DNA of 64,000 bases from the human T2T-CHM13v2.0 reference genome, Homo sapiens: assembly GCF_009914755.1 (NCBI RefSeq), contig NC_060928.1, one strand, 5' to 3'. The translations under genes and the position numbers were made by a program. The notes under the pieces are model-generated. The model was not told the DNA's origin. It did no database searches and saw only the letters and a list, made by a program, of their open reading frames with translations. Below, piece after piece: positions 1 to 12,892 of this stretch; the first letter of the stretch is position 1; every line of letters starts with the position of its first letter.

Positions 1-667
1 GTAACATGGGATTTGGTTAACCAACAGAAGTGTTTAAACAGGATGAGTACAAAAATAAGTACAAAATGAGAAGTACTATAAAAACGATACTTTATATGTT
101 ACAACTATAGCACCCACCTATTTCCTTGTGTCTAGTAATTGGCAGGACCTTATGACAAGAGCCAACTGAAAAACAGCAGTATAAATTCTGGTACTCTAAA
201 AGCCCAGACTTCACCACTGTGCAATATATCCACACAACAAAACTGAACTGGTACTAACTAAATCTGTATAGAATTTTAAAAAGTAAGTTAAAAAAAATTC
301 TGGTACTCACAGGGGACAATACCTATGAATGCCCTTTTCATAGGCACACAGTGACTAAAATATTTGGGGCATGAATTCTCTAGGGGTGACAATAATAAGT
401 GTCATTTTTCATGCTTCTGTTGCACACATAATTATATTTATCTCTAAGGAAAATCAGAGAGTGGGGTGTGGCCTCCCTCAGTGCCACCTGGGCCAGTTGT
501 CTCCCCACATCACCAAATCTGTTATTTCACAGGCTCTAGGACACCCATAGAGGGGAGTGAGGGACCTGGTATGGTCCCGTGAAGAGCTCTTGTAACACTA
601 CTGATTGATGTGACAGACACAGTATGTGTGCAACTTTCCTTTTTCCTTCAAAAGCACTGGTCTAAAG

Positions 668-981
668 CAGGGATCCCCAACCCCTGGGCAGCAGACAGGT
701 ACAGGTTTGTGGCCTATTAGGAACAGGCCACACAGCAGGTGAGCAGGGCTAGAGGATTATGCCTGAGCTCCAGCTCCTGTCAGATGAGCAAAGGCATTAG
801 ATTCTCATAGGAGCACAGACCTGATTATGAACTGCGCATGTGAGGGATCTAAATTGCGCCTTCTCAAGAGAATCTAATGCCTGATGATCTGAGATAGAAG
901 AGTGTCATCCCATCTTGCCCCCCACCCCAAACTGTCTTCCATGAAACTGATCCCTGGTGCCAAAAAGGTTGGGGACTGCTG
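668..981 (+). mobile_element. MER1B-like hAT-Charlie element
   Basis: CAGGGATCCCCAACC...GGTTGGGGACTGCTG termini; internal GCATTAGATTCTC / GAGAATCTAATGC inverted repeat. Confidence 0.85.
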
Positions 982-1389
982 GAAGTGCTTGTCCCCTGGG
1001 TTAAAGCCAAGAGGAGTAAACAGGATTAAGGGGCGTGGATGTGGGTGGGTGGGGGAAGAGAGCTTTCTCAGGATCGGCAACCAATCCCAGAATCTCCAGT
1101 CGCAGGAGCATGTATGTGAAGGTTTATTTGCAGGGATCCACCGTTTGTAAAATAGTACACGCTTAATAAAATTAATTTTGAGGTCAATCTTAACTGACAG
1201 ATCTCTTCTTTCTTACTGGCGAGTATTTGTAAAATAAGAAAAACAGGAGGAAAAGAGAACAAACAAGAGAGATGTGGGATGACGGAGTAAGGAAAGGAGT
1301 CACGGAGAGGAGAGACAATGTCTGTGGCTGTTCCCTCAGCGTCTGGGAGAAGAGCCCAAGAATCCCATTGAACTGAGGGGGAGGAAAGG

Positions 1390-1700
1390 CCCTCCTGCGG
1401 CCTACCGCAAGGAAACGATCGCGGCAGACCCGGGACTAGCGCCAAAGGGCTTGGAAGGGCGGCGTTAAGAAAAATGGGCCGTACCTACAACTTCTTTCGC
1501 AGCCCTCGCTGGCCCGGGAGCGGCCCAGGAGCCCAGTGACCGTTGCGTAAGCCACGCGCCACCCAGGTGGGCAGGGTGGTGACGCGAAAGCCCGGATAGA
1601 CTTCCGCGCAGGGGCGGGGCGGGGCGAGGAGGCGGCAGCGCGTTTAAGTGACGTCTTGGCTGTCCGCGCCGGCAGAGGCGAGGGTTCTGGGGTTTCTGGG
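1390..1700 (-). promoter_or_regulatory. SLC9B1: CpG island / promoter of SLC9B1
   Basis: CpG-dense patch with tandem GC boxes GGGGCGGGGCGGGGCG (1611-1626) and CRE-like TGACGTCT (1649-1656); gene identity from the known SLC9B2-SLC9B1 tandem order, not from coding sequence. Confidence 0.75.
1485..1600 (-). other. SLC9B1: SLC9B1 non-coding exon 1 (5' end approximate)
   Basis: Donor TGTAG|GTACGG at 1485/1484 just downstream of the GC boxes. Confidence 0.6.
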
Positions 1701-2529
1701 ACTGTCTGGTGTGTTTTCTGTCTATTGAACCCTTTCCTTTCGACGTCTCTTCTGAATATTGACTCATCGGGTTGTAGAAATCCAGGGACAGAGTTGACAT
1801 CACTGGGCATTTTAGCCAAAAAGCAGTGCTCGGGACTGCATGTGCCAGAAGTAAACTTGTCAAAACTCAGATTGTGTTTCCCCTAAAGTCAGCTTAAAGT
1901 GCAATGGTAGAAGAGCACGGTCTCTCCCCAAGACGGCCTGAGCTTAAACTGCAGCGCTGTCACTTGCTAGCTATGGGACCTAGGCAAATACATCGTCTCC
2001 CTGAGGTTGTCTTCTCATCTGTAAAGGACGCTGTGGTGGTGGTGTGAGAATAAATGAGACATGGCAAGTGTCTGGAACAAAGACGCTGTGTACAAAGTAA
2101 ACACTTAATATACTGTTATCAGTATAAAACCTTTGTGAGTTTTTTTTTTTTTTTTTCCGCATGAAATCTTATGTGGAAAGTTGTATGTGAAAGAAATGAA
2201 AGCGGAGCTGCGTTGATGGTGGGCCCAGAAGCTTTGGCCTTTCAGTCCCAAAGTTTCCAGTAATAGAATCCGCGCTTCCTATAAAAGACAAAAACAACTG
2301 TTATTGGAGAAAGTGTAAACTTCTTAGAAAGACAAACTGCCCTTTCCTATCTAATGTTTCTCCTGACACTCAATGTTTACTCTTGAACACTGTATTCCTT
2401 TTTGCCTCAGTGCGTTCTGTAAAGTTAATTCCTCTACCGGAGTGTTCTTTTTCTTAGTCATCATCTAAGATCTGATCCAAATTACCGTTCCTTCTTGGGT
2501 AACTTAAATACGAAATTATCTTTTTATTG

Positions 2530-2818
2530 GTTTTGTTGACGTTGTTGAGACAGGGTCTCACTCTATTACCCCGGCTGGAGTGCAGTGCGATCTAGGCTCC
2601 CTGCAGCCTCCTCCTCCTTGGTTCAAGCGATCCTCCTGCCTCCTGAGTAGCTGGGACTACAGGTGGGCACCACTACCCCCGGCTAATTTTTGTATTTTTA
2701 GTAGAGAGGAGTTTCACATATTGCCCAGGAGGACTTGAACTCCTGGACTTAAGTGATCTGCCCGTCTTGGCTTCCCACAGTACTGGGATTACAAGCGTGA
2801 GCCACCACAGCCCTGCCC
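2530..2818 (-). repeat. Alu (J-like)
   Basis: Reverse Alu dimer sequence. Confidence 0.9.
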
Positions 2819-4609
2819 TTTTTATTGTTTTTAACACCTTCCCTCCTTCAACGTGTTATAGACATCTCAGCAAGGATTTATTTTTCTTCCTCGTTTCAGG
2901 AGAGTAGACAGGGTTTCATGATTATAGGGTTAAGGAAATGTTTTGTACTCATGAAAAGGAAATGTTTTGTACTCACAGGAAAAGCAGGTAGATCCCTAAA
3001 GATAATGGGAGTTGGGACAAATGGTAAACCTGGGAAGGAAGACCTTTGCTAGGAGTCTGTTTGCCTCCAAGGCACTACTCTTATGCTCTAGAAGGAATGG
3101 GCTCCTGGAGAGGTAAGTGCTTTAGGGTCCATGTAAGGAAGATGGAGCGCACATCAACAAATGGAGTTTTGGAATTCTCACCAGGCCAGAGGGCTCAGGC
3201 TGGATTTGAGTCAGTCAACTATAAATATAATATTACGTACTCCCCAAATGCCATGAAGCAATTCCCACTTGTTACAGAGAGGTACATAAATGATTCATAT
3301 AAAAATATAATGTTCTGAGACATTAAAAAAATACAGTGGTTCTTTGGGAGACAATATAATGAAAATTTACTAATAAAAAAACATTTAAACAATCATCTGA
3401 TAACCTTTCTTATAAAAATTAAGTTTTAAAAATAAGTAAATTGATTATATTTGCAACAAAGTCATGGAAAGCAAAAGCTTTTGAGGAATAAGGAGAATCT
3501 TAACTGAGAGCAATTTTTTAAAACTATATATGACATGATAAAAAAAGTTTTAACACTTTCTACATAGTTTCATACTTCTGAAAGTACTTCAATAAAAATA
3601 TTTAGCCAATGATCTATTTAGTATGATTTCAGTGCCAACTTTCTTTTCTAGTCTTATCTCTAATTCTCTTCATCAATCTCAAGTGCCAATCACTTTCTAT
3701 GCTCCAGGCTTTACTGTTTTCAAAACTTTGCTAATATGCCAGCCTCCCACACTAGTTGTTCCCATCTTCACCTTACTCCCTAATATTACCCCATCCATCC
3801 AGATCCTCTCCATTCTTGAAGGTCTAGTTCAAGTATCAGTTCCTCTAAGATTTCCTCAACTTCTACACTAAAAACACTTTTGAATTATTCACTTGGATTA
3901 TAGCTATTTGTACATATCTTATTTCCTTCTAAGGTTCTTAAAGGCAAGTATCATGTCTTATTCATATTTGTATTCCTCACATTGTCAATTTTCCACTAGA
4001 ATCAAGTTCTATTGAAAACCAAGCCCTTGAATATCTTGTTCATCACTGTATTCCCTAGTATCTAGCACAAGACCTGGCACACAGTAGGCATGTTATAATA
4101 TATTCTGAGTGAGGGAGTAAATGGATTTTAAAACAAGCTCCATGAAGGCAGGGATTTGTCTGTTTTATTCATTGCAAAATGAATATCTGAATATAAACAT
4201 GAAGGCTTAGCATTCATTATATACAAAAAAATTCTTCAATCTACATAGCATCATAAAAGCCAAATATGAAATACTTATGTTGCCTTTCACCCAACAAATT
4301 CAGTTGATGATATATCTTTCTGAAAATAATACATCCCCCAAAACTGCAGTACAATTTTAAAGAAAAATAAAATACATGTTTATATTAGTTTCAGTTTTCT
4401 TGTTTGTATTTTTCTGTGTTCTAAATTTTTTGCAATGAAAATGTGTTACTTTATAATCAGAAAAAAATACTATTTTTAAAGAATGTAGTGGATGAGATCA
4501 TTTGCAAATGTTTACCTGAGGAAATTTTGAGGACATCAAGATCAATCAAGGTGATTGGGAGTTAATACCAGACAGAAATATACTGTCCTTGGAAATATGA
4601 CACTTCTTT

Positions 4610-4990
4610 CAGGGACTGAATTATGTCCTTCCCCACACATTCATATGTTGAAGCCTTAACTTCCAATGTGATGTATTTAGATATGAGGATTTGGGAAGGC
4701 AATTAGATTTGGATGAGGTCATGAGGGTAGGGCCCTCATGCTGTGATTAGAGTACCCTTATAAGAAGAGACACCAGAGAGCTTGCTTGCTCTCTCTCGGC
4801 ATCAAGTGATGACACATGAGTGAGAGGGTGAGAATGTGGCCATTGGCAAGCCAGGGAGAGAGACTTCACCAGAGCCCAACAATGCTGGCATCCTGATCTC
4901 GAACTTCCAACCTTTAATAGAAGTAAGTTTCTGTTGTGTAAGCCACCCAGTGTATGGTATTTTGTTATAGCAGCCCAAGCTGACTAAGAT
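4610..4990 (+). mobile_element. MLT1A/B-type MaLR LTR
   Basis: GGACTGAATTATGTCC...CCTTATAAGAAGAG...TTTGTTATAGCAGCCC..GACTAAGA. Confidence 0.75.
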
Positions 4991-7139
4991 AGACTAAGTG
5001 GACTAAGATCCGAACTGTCGTGTGGCAAGTAGTTTTCTGATATTGAGAGAGGATCCTCTTCCTCTCAGATTTAGTCAGTAAATGTTTATTAAATGTCTAC
5101 TGTGTTCCATGCCCTGTGAAAAATGCTGAGGATTCAAGGATAATTAAGACAAGGTTCCTACCCATAGGGAGCTGATTTAATAAGAGACAAACATGTAAAT
5201 AAAGTGAAAAAAAGTGTTACATGTGCTCTGACATAAGTATGTATAAGGGACCCAAAAGTTAGAGTAATTGTTTCTATCTGTGGTTTAAGAGGGGATAGGT
5301 TGAGTTGGTCAGTACTCTATCAGGTTAACCCTAAGTTCACCAACCAAGTCAAGAGATGTGGCTTTCAATGTGGTGACAAACCCCGGCCTTCACATGGTGA
5401 GCCCTGCTGAATGGTCAGCCTCTGTCATTCTTGACCTCACCATCTCCATGATATATAACAGCAACATAGTCTTATAGCAATTAATAAATTCCTACAAAGA
5501 GCTTCCAGGAATAGGCACAAATTTCAGAGATCCAATAGAGGAAGTCAAAAAGCCAGCACTGGGCAGTCACAGAGATTTAGATGGTGGCTACCCTCTTAGA
5601 GGTAGAAAAGAGTTTGCTGCATGACCTCAAAATGAAAACAGGTATTGGCAGTGGCTTCAGGTGCCCTTCAATCATTTCTGTACTCTGTGGACTTCCATTT
5701 CTAATTTTCCTAGGGGCCCTAAACATATTCAATAGCATTCTGATTTAGTTATACTAACTGTATTATGTATAAGTTAATAAATATTCCAAGCCTGTTACTT
5801 GGAGAAAATGCCACTGATGACCTGGGAAACAGCATGAAGTGTAACACTTTTTGGTCTTACATCCCTTTTGCTGGCTAAGTCCTAATCTTCCCTCAGCCAA
5901 TGCCCTACTTTCTCTGGGAAGCTGTGCCTAAACTCCACCACCCTTGGATTGATTGAGTGCTCCTGCCATGAGCTCCCTAGCAGCCCTGTAGTTCCTGCAT
6001 AATAGCACTTATCATATTGTTTTGCAATGTCTTGTTTAACTGTCTGTTTTCTCTATTGGACTGTTAAATCCTTAAGGACAGGGACAATATTATTCTTGAT
6101 GATGTGCCTGGATCTCAAAAGCTTTCAGTAAGTATTTTTTGGATGCATCTACTTTTAGAGCCTGCAAAAATAGAGGACCAGATGATCATTAAGTTTATGG
6201 TGCTCCCAGCAAAGTGCACCTAACCAATGAAGTTCAGTTCAAAACACTTATCTGACCTTTGGTATAAATTAATCAAGTCCAAATCAAGAGCATAAACATT
6301 AAAGGAATACAGCACCATAGGGTAACCAAAGCAAAGTTGACATAAAATTGAAGGCTATTTAGAAGAAGTGAATATTAAACTAGTTTTGAATAGAGGTGAA
6401 AGCCATGGTGGATAGGGCTCGAACAGAAGTCTAATGAAGAGAGGAATGGACAGGCTTTATTTATGCAGATCAGCTTGGTGGGATTAGGATATTCATAATT
6501 CATTCATCTAATACATATTTAATATCTACTTCAAGATTAAAATGAACTTTGAATTCTAGGTCGAGGAGTTTAGATAGGATATGACAAGTATGTAATAAAC
6601 ACTTCAGGTACACAGATAACATGATAAAAACTGTAAACTGTATGTGAATGTGATTATTTCAGTAACTACACAGAAGATGACCTAGAGTGAAGAGGAACTT
6701 ATGAGTGATACACAAAAGCAGAGATGGCCTGTTACAAAGTAGGATAAAATATGACCTATGCAGGTAAGTCTTTCTTCTAATATTTTCTCTGCTGGCAAGT
6801 CACAATTTCTGAAATCCCTGCCATAGAAGTCACTCTTTTGGTTTAAGGCAATGTCTTTCAAAAGCTTTTGTTTGCATGTAAGAATATGCTACTGAATGAT
6901 GGTAACATCCAACACAGTGGAAGCTCTGGCCCCGAAAATCTGATGTTCCGTTCCTCCTAGGAGTGTGAATGCTTAGCTAGAGACAACACTTAGCTGCCTC
7001 ACAGCCGGATATGATCAATACCAATAAATGTAGGAAAAGAGATGTGTCCAACTTCCACATCACTTCCTCAAAAATAAATTGCTATACTTGCATTTTCCTT
7101 GAGAGATAGAATGGAGATATGGTAGAGATCCATTTTTAA

Positions 7140-7268
7140 CCCATTTATGCCTAGTGTTCCATTATTAGAATGCTAAGCCTGTGGGAGTTATTTATATCCC
7201 ACTGCTCAAGGTCATTGCCAAGGTCTGATTTTTCACAAAAAATTTTTGCAACCTCTGGCATAAATAGG
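7140..7268 (+). mobile_element. MER85 piggyBac-derived MITE
   Basis: TTAA on both sides (7136-7139, 7269-7272); TIRs CCCATTTATGCC / GGCATAAATAGG; internal GTTCCATTATTAGAAT. Confidence 0.9.
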
Positions 7269-7401
7269 TTAAGCCATGTCCTAAGCTAGGGAATGGCAGA
7301 GCTTCAGGACAGAAAGACATGGGACTCTGAGCAGACCTCATAAGCAGAGTAACCCTGTTGGTATTAACGAACCAGCCAGTTTCATTAGACAGAAATAGAA
7401 T

Positions 7402-7433
7402 TTTATTTTCTTTTAAGCACTGTATTTTTTATT
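7402..7433 (-). terminator. SLC9B2: Candidate proximal polyadenylation signals of SLC9B2
   Basis: Minus-strand AATAAA at 7402-7407 and 7428-7433, about 0.85 kb after the stop; further AATAAA at 6456, 5085 and 4164 could serve longer UTRs. Confidence 0.5.
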
Positions 7434-8259
7434 TCTTCATTATAGCACATTACCCTAATGTAATATTCATAAGACTGGCATAGATTTGAAACTTACCTAT
7501 CTCCCACCTAGAAATGGGAAGAGCCTAAAGATATGGGTCATAAGAAACAAAAAAAGGGCTGGATTAGGGCACTCCTTAGGGGAAGGTAGACTCACATGGG
7601 CCACTGAAATAAAGGAACCTGGGTGGTCAGCTAGGGGGCAGGATAAAGTTTTTTGACATCTGGAGGGGGCAAGAGGATGAACCAATGAAGATACTTCATG
7701 TACTTTAAAATTTTGGTGGGACCAATCAGTTACAGTAATTCAAAGAAAGGTAGTAAGGGAAGGAGAAATGGAGAAGAGGCAGATTATCAGGGTAAATGAT
7801 GGTAAAAATTAATGAGAGACTGCATTATGATGTTTAACAACAAAAACAGAACCAAAAAAGAGAGCCAAAACCAATTCAAGGCATCAGAGCCTGGGCAAAT
7901 ATGAATCAGGAAACTGTGAAAGTTAAAAGTTAGGGCAATCCTAGCTGAAGAGGATACTGAAGCTGGTCTTTCCCACATTAACTGTAAACTGTGGTAGTAC
8001 ATTAAAGTAGATATGTCCTTATGCAAATTAAGATGGATGATGAAGGGGTGTTTGAAAAAAAAGGCAGAGAGATTAAGGTTGGTGATATAGATCATTACCA
8101 CCCACATGGAAAGAGCAAGGGCTAAAAATGCTGTTTAAAGAAACAGCTACACTTTTGGTTCTATTACATTTTAAGCTTAAACATTACATATTTCAATATG
8201 CATCTTGAAAAAAGTAGCAGCTTTCTAAACATTATGTTCAGCACTCTCTCTTTTCACCT

Positions 8260-8481
8260 CTAAACTTGCACAGAAGTCTCTCCTTGAACTTCTTCATCTT
8301 TATTTTGATGTTCAACTTTCTGCAGAAGCCTGGGGCCCAGTAAACCAATAAGCAGACTTCCAATTGGGGCTGTGATGAGGATGGACAAAAATGCCACTGT
8401 CAACACATCCATTCCATAGTCTTCTAATTGTTTCTCTCCATGTGACCTTGCTGTGTCCAAAGCCACAGATCCTATTGCAGC
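8260..8481 (-). CDS. SLC9B2: SLC9B2 exon 12, coding part with TAG stop
   Basis: ttatag|GCT...GTT TAG; AAIGSVALD...GETSVQV*. Confidence 0.97.
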   Translation of the reverse strand, partial: AAIGSVALDTARSHGEKQLEDYGMDVLTVAFLSILITAPIGSLLIGLLGPRLLQKVEHQNKDEEVQGETSVQV

Positions 8482-8600
8482 CTATAAAAGTTTAAGGGTA
8501 AAAATGGAATCATGATAAGATAAGCACATATAAAAAAAGTGAGTTTTTTATTGTTTGCAAAAGCAAATTGCTTGTTCTTTTGCTCAACTAAGAAAGTTGT

Positions 8601-8745
8601 AAGCATCAGGAGATATACCTAATGCTAAATGACGAGTTAATGGGTGCAGCACACCAACATGGCACATGTATACATATATAACAAACCTGCACGTTGTGCA
8701 CATGTACCCTAAAACTTAAAGTATAATAATAATAAAATAAAAAAA
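8601..8745 (+). mobile_element. Very short L1PA 3' tip
   Basis: L1PA 3' UTR end and A tail; TSD AAGAAAGTTGT (8590-8600, 8746-8756). Confidence 0.9.
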
Positions 8746-10636
8746 AAGAAAGTTGTTTTAGTATTCTTTCAAAGTGTATTGCAGGTTTTGTTTTGTTTTG
8801 TTTTTTTACTTTTTTAGAGACAGGGTCTCGCTGTGTTGCCCAGACTGGTCTTGAACTCCTGGCCTCAAGTGATCCTCCCTCCTTAGCCTCCCAAGTGCTG
8901 GGATTACAGGTGTAAGTCACTGTGCCCAGCCCAGCTGGTTCTGATGATCTAAAAACTCTGCCCTTGCATGGGAACATACTGATGACTCATTTGTACTTAT
9001 CTGTGTAAGGTAGGGTTACATAAATATCAGTAAAATACATTTCAAAACACAAAGCAAATCCAGAATCACAATATTAATTAAATATAACATAAAGTTCTAT
9101 GTACTAAATTTTTCCTGAATAAAGATGGAAATTACTGGTCATCTCCTTTTATCTTTAGGAATGTGGAACTAAAAAATAAGATGAAAAACATGCAGTGATA
9201 CCTACTGAAAACTGTTAAATTTTAAATAAATATATATTACTTTAGAGCTTAAACTCATTGTCAAACGTCATGAAACATGAAAATAGTGGACACCTTGACA
9301 ACTTGAAGTTGATCTTATTAGGTATTTGGTCAACTCCTTGCCACAGAATTTGGTGAAATGTTTTATTTGGAATGCATCTGTTGGAAAACATTATGAAAAT
9401 TCTCAGTTTCTTTTAGAGGCAAAATGCAATATTATCAGTGCAGATGGGAAAAATGTATTAATTAATCTGGTTATCCCTTATTCCACAGAGAACAATGTAA
9501 GCCTCTAAGACAATGAAAAAGAAAAATGTGCATCAGAAACAATGGCAGAAACTACTAGTTGCTCACAAAAACATGAATGACCCCTTTCCCTTCTATAATA
9601 GAACTCCTGGAGTTTGGCTGGTCACATTGCTGTCCAGAGACCTTTTTATAGAACTCTTAGCCATTATGTTTTAGACATTTTTGAAAGTCTGATAGGGGTG
9701 AGGGGAATTCTGGAGTAATGCCCAAATGCAAAGAGCATAATTGAAATCTGGAATATAACTGCTGAGCATACACATCCCCCAAAGCCTCCTAAATGAAAAA
9801 CACTTGATTTTAATTCCTTAATAACAGAAATTGGAATATTTAATTATAAAATAATCTGGGGCAAAACAGTTAAATGTTGTTTGATGTAATTAGTCTGAAA
9901 ATATACAACCAAAGATACATCACATTTGCAACAAATCATAATCTATACAGTTCTAACTTAATTAGCAATCATAGATATTCTAACAAATGCATGGTCAACA
10001 AATTCAAGCACCTATCTATAATAGCTTTATTTATCACGTTTATTAGAATGCACAAATTTTCGGTTAAGTGATTGAGACATTTGCCAGGAAGTTCAGTGAG
10101 TTTTGAATAATTAATACCAACTAATAATCTAGGAAATCAATAAAGTGCTTTCTGAGTTGTTTTTCAATAAATCTTTTCTCCATTACATACAAAGACTCTG
10201 GTCAAGCTCAACTGATCATCAATCATATTAACATTAAAATATCTCCAAACATTAAGGGAACCATGTTATTTCTATTTTACTCTCTTCTTGGAAGCTATTA
10301 ACATGAAAAGAGTTAAGAACTCTTTCCTTGGGTGACTTAGAGAGTGCCGACTGATGAAAACTCTTCTCTCCTGTTACTACTGCTTTCTAGTAGAATAGGG
10401 ATTTACTGGATTTTTACTTATACCCTGGTGATCTAAGGAAATTTAATGAGCTATCACATTTAAGGAATGAATATACCAAAAATACAGGTTTTAAAGAATA
10501 GATTAGGATAAACTCTTTTCATAAATCCACTTCAATTATTTATTTTCACTAAATTTAAACAAGCCCTCTTATTCAATATTTCAAGGTGTCATGCAGAAAT
10601 AGCAGTTAAAATGCTAAGCCATCCTATCCATCATAC

Positions 10637-10773
10637 CTGAACTGTGGCCTTTGGAAGCCATGCAAAAGAAATAAATATCTTTTCTTTTAAGTTAAAACCA
10701 GCAAAACACACCATCAGAAATGTAGTCAAAATTCGTATCAATACTGCAATGCCTACGGTGGCAACACAAAGGC
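10637..10773 (-). CDS. SLC9B2: SLC9B2 exon 11
   Basis: ttacag|GC...CAG|GTATGA; GLCVATVG...AWLPKATVQ. Confidence 0.96.
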
Positions 10774-12569
10774 CTGTAAGAAATATTCAATTTTTAGAAA
10801 TAATAAAATACTAGGAGAGAAACTGCATCTCATGGTTACTAATTCAAAATAACCATCAACAGAAATAATTTTTAAAGCATTAAAAATTACAAATACAAAA
10901 ATGTTTAGGAAGAATATATAAAAACAATCAATATTAAGGATCAATCAGGCTATTTGTTTAAAATAAGGTGTTTCTGTAGATTAAAACCAGAAATTAAGCA
11001 TATTTGAATTCTTATGTAGAGATTTGAATGTTATATATGTCTTATGCTTTATAGCAAGAACCATGCTTGTTCATGTGTGTAAGAAGAATTTATTAAATGA
11101 TATGATTAAATGATAAGTAATAAGCTTTAAACTAAGTACTGTGTACACATAAATGTATAATGTATAGACTTTGCCTCAAAGTCAGAGAAAGACACATAAA
11201 CAACCAATTCATAGACTATACAGTAAGTGAGGTATAAACAAACTAAGGGCATAAAAGAGGGAAAAACAATATTTTAACCCAAAAAGTCAATAATTCTTTA
11301 CAGGGTATAAGACCAGAAGTGATAGCTAAAATATTTATGAGCCAGTATGGAGGGAATTAGCCAATCAGAGCTGGCTGGGCACTGACCAATCAGAATAGAC
11401 ACTGGCAGTCTACCACTGTTTCACCATACTGATGTGTACTGGTCGTACTGGTCCCAATTATCCCTGGTTAACATACACAGCTACTCCATTTAGTCCTGTA
11501 GAATTCTTTGCTGATAAAGACAAGTTCATCATCATTTGCCAAACAAGGGATTGTGAGTAGTGCTGCTACATGCTACTGGACCTAAGAATGATACAGCTAA
11601 GGTGACTCCTGAGTATTAGGGTGATTTTTTAAAAAGTAACATTTGTTGAGTGTTTACTCTGTGCCAAATGCTGTACTAAGCTTTAAATGTATTATTTTAC
11701 TTAGTCCTTACAACCCGTGGAGTAAGTATTATTTTATAGTTGAAAAAACCAGAAGCTCAGAAAGGATAAGTAGTTTTCTCAAATTCAAAGGGCGGGTAAA
11801 ACATCAGACAGACATAGCGGGAGGATCTATTGTAAATCTGCCATATGGCTTTTTTATGGGAAAGTTTTGTGGTTCTTTGTTGAAAGGTATTTCTTCAAGG
11901 TTGGAAAGTATTCAAAAATATCTGTAGCCTGAAGTACAAGATAAAGAGTTGATATCATTCCCAGAAGGAAACATTGAAAGTTTGAGAAGAGGATGAGAAG
12001 GAAGTTTTAGTTGAGTTTGAACGTTAACAGGACATACAAGTGGTGCTGTCCAATCAACAATTGGATATATTGATTTAGAGATAAATAGTTTGGAATTATA
12101 CAGTTTATAGTTGATGTCACTAGTATAGATAAGGTTAGAGAAGTTATATAGAGCCAGAGGCACAAAGTTAGAAAGCAATTTGATAAAGGGCAGCATTTAA
12201 GCTACATATGGTGTAAGGAAAGGCTCAAACAGCACTGGGAAATAGGAAGTTTAAGAACTTAATATAAAGGAGTGTTAGAGGGTCAAAAGCAGCAAATGCT
12301 GCTGACAGATCAAGTAAAGCAAAGACTGGATTTAGCAATATTACCTTGGTGAGAGGTTGGCAGGTTGTGTGAGAGGTTGGCAGGTTGTGTGATAGGCAGA
12401 AGCTGGGCTAAAATGTATAGAAGGAGGAAATGGGAACTGAAGTGGAAAGGGGAATGTAGTGACCTCTTTTGAAAAGTCCGAAAAGAAGACAAGAGAGGTA
12501 GCATGGTAGAGACGGGGGGAAGTGAAATAGAGGAATTTTATATATATATAATTTTAACATATTATTTTA

Positions 12570-12892
12570 ATATACATTATTTTAATTGTAGTAAAATACA
12601 CATAACATTTACCATCTTAACCATTTTTATGTGTATAGTTAGTATCATTAAGTATATTCACACTATTATGCAACCAATCTCCAGAATTTTTTCATCTCAC
12701 AGAATTTAAACTCTATACCCATTAAACAACAATTTCCCTTTACTCCCAGCCCCTGGCAAGTACCATTTATGAGTCTGACTACTCTGGATACCTCATGTAA
12801 GTGGAATCATACAGGGTTAGTCTTTTTCTGACTGGCTTATTTCGCTTAGCATAATGTTCTCAAGGTTCATCCATGTTGCAGCATGTGTCAGA
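12570..12892 (-). mobile_element. L1MB-like 3' UTR fragment
   Basis: AAGTGGAATCATAC...GGCTTATTTCGCTTAGCATAATGTT...TTCATCCATGTTG motifs. Confidence 0.7.

Larger units (their letters stand above)
6920..7465 (+). mobile_element. Old MLT1-type (ERVL-MaLR) LTR remnant interrupted by MER85
   Basis: Degenerate MLT1-like motifs on both sides of MER85; boundaries approximate. Confidence 0.5.

Noticed and set aside
7787-8107. Hydrophobic 106-aa ORF in the SLC9B2 3' UTR
   Set aside because: Translation of T-rich UTR sequence, with no recognisable homology or other support
12349-12392. Short two-copy duplications (20 bp here; also about 2931-2975 and 53038-53066)
   Set aside because: Ordinary slippage microduplications
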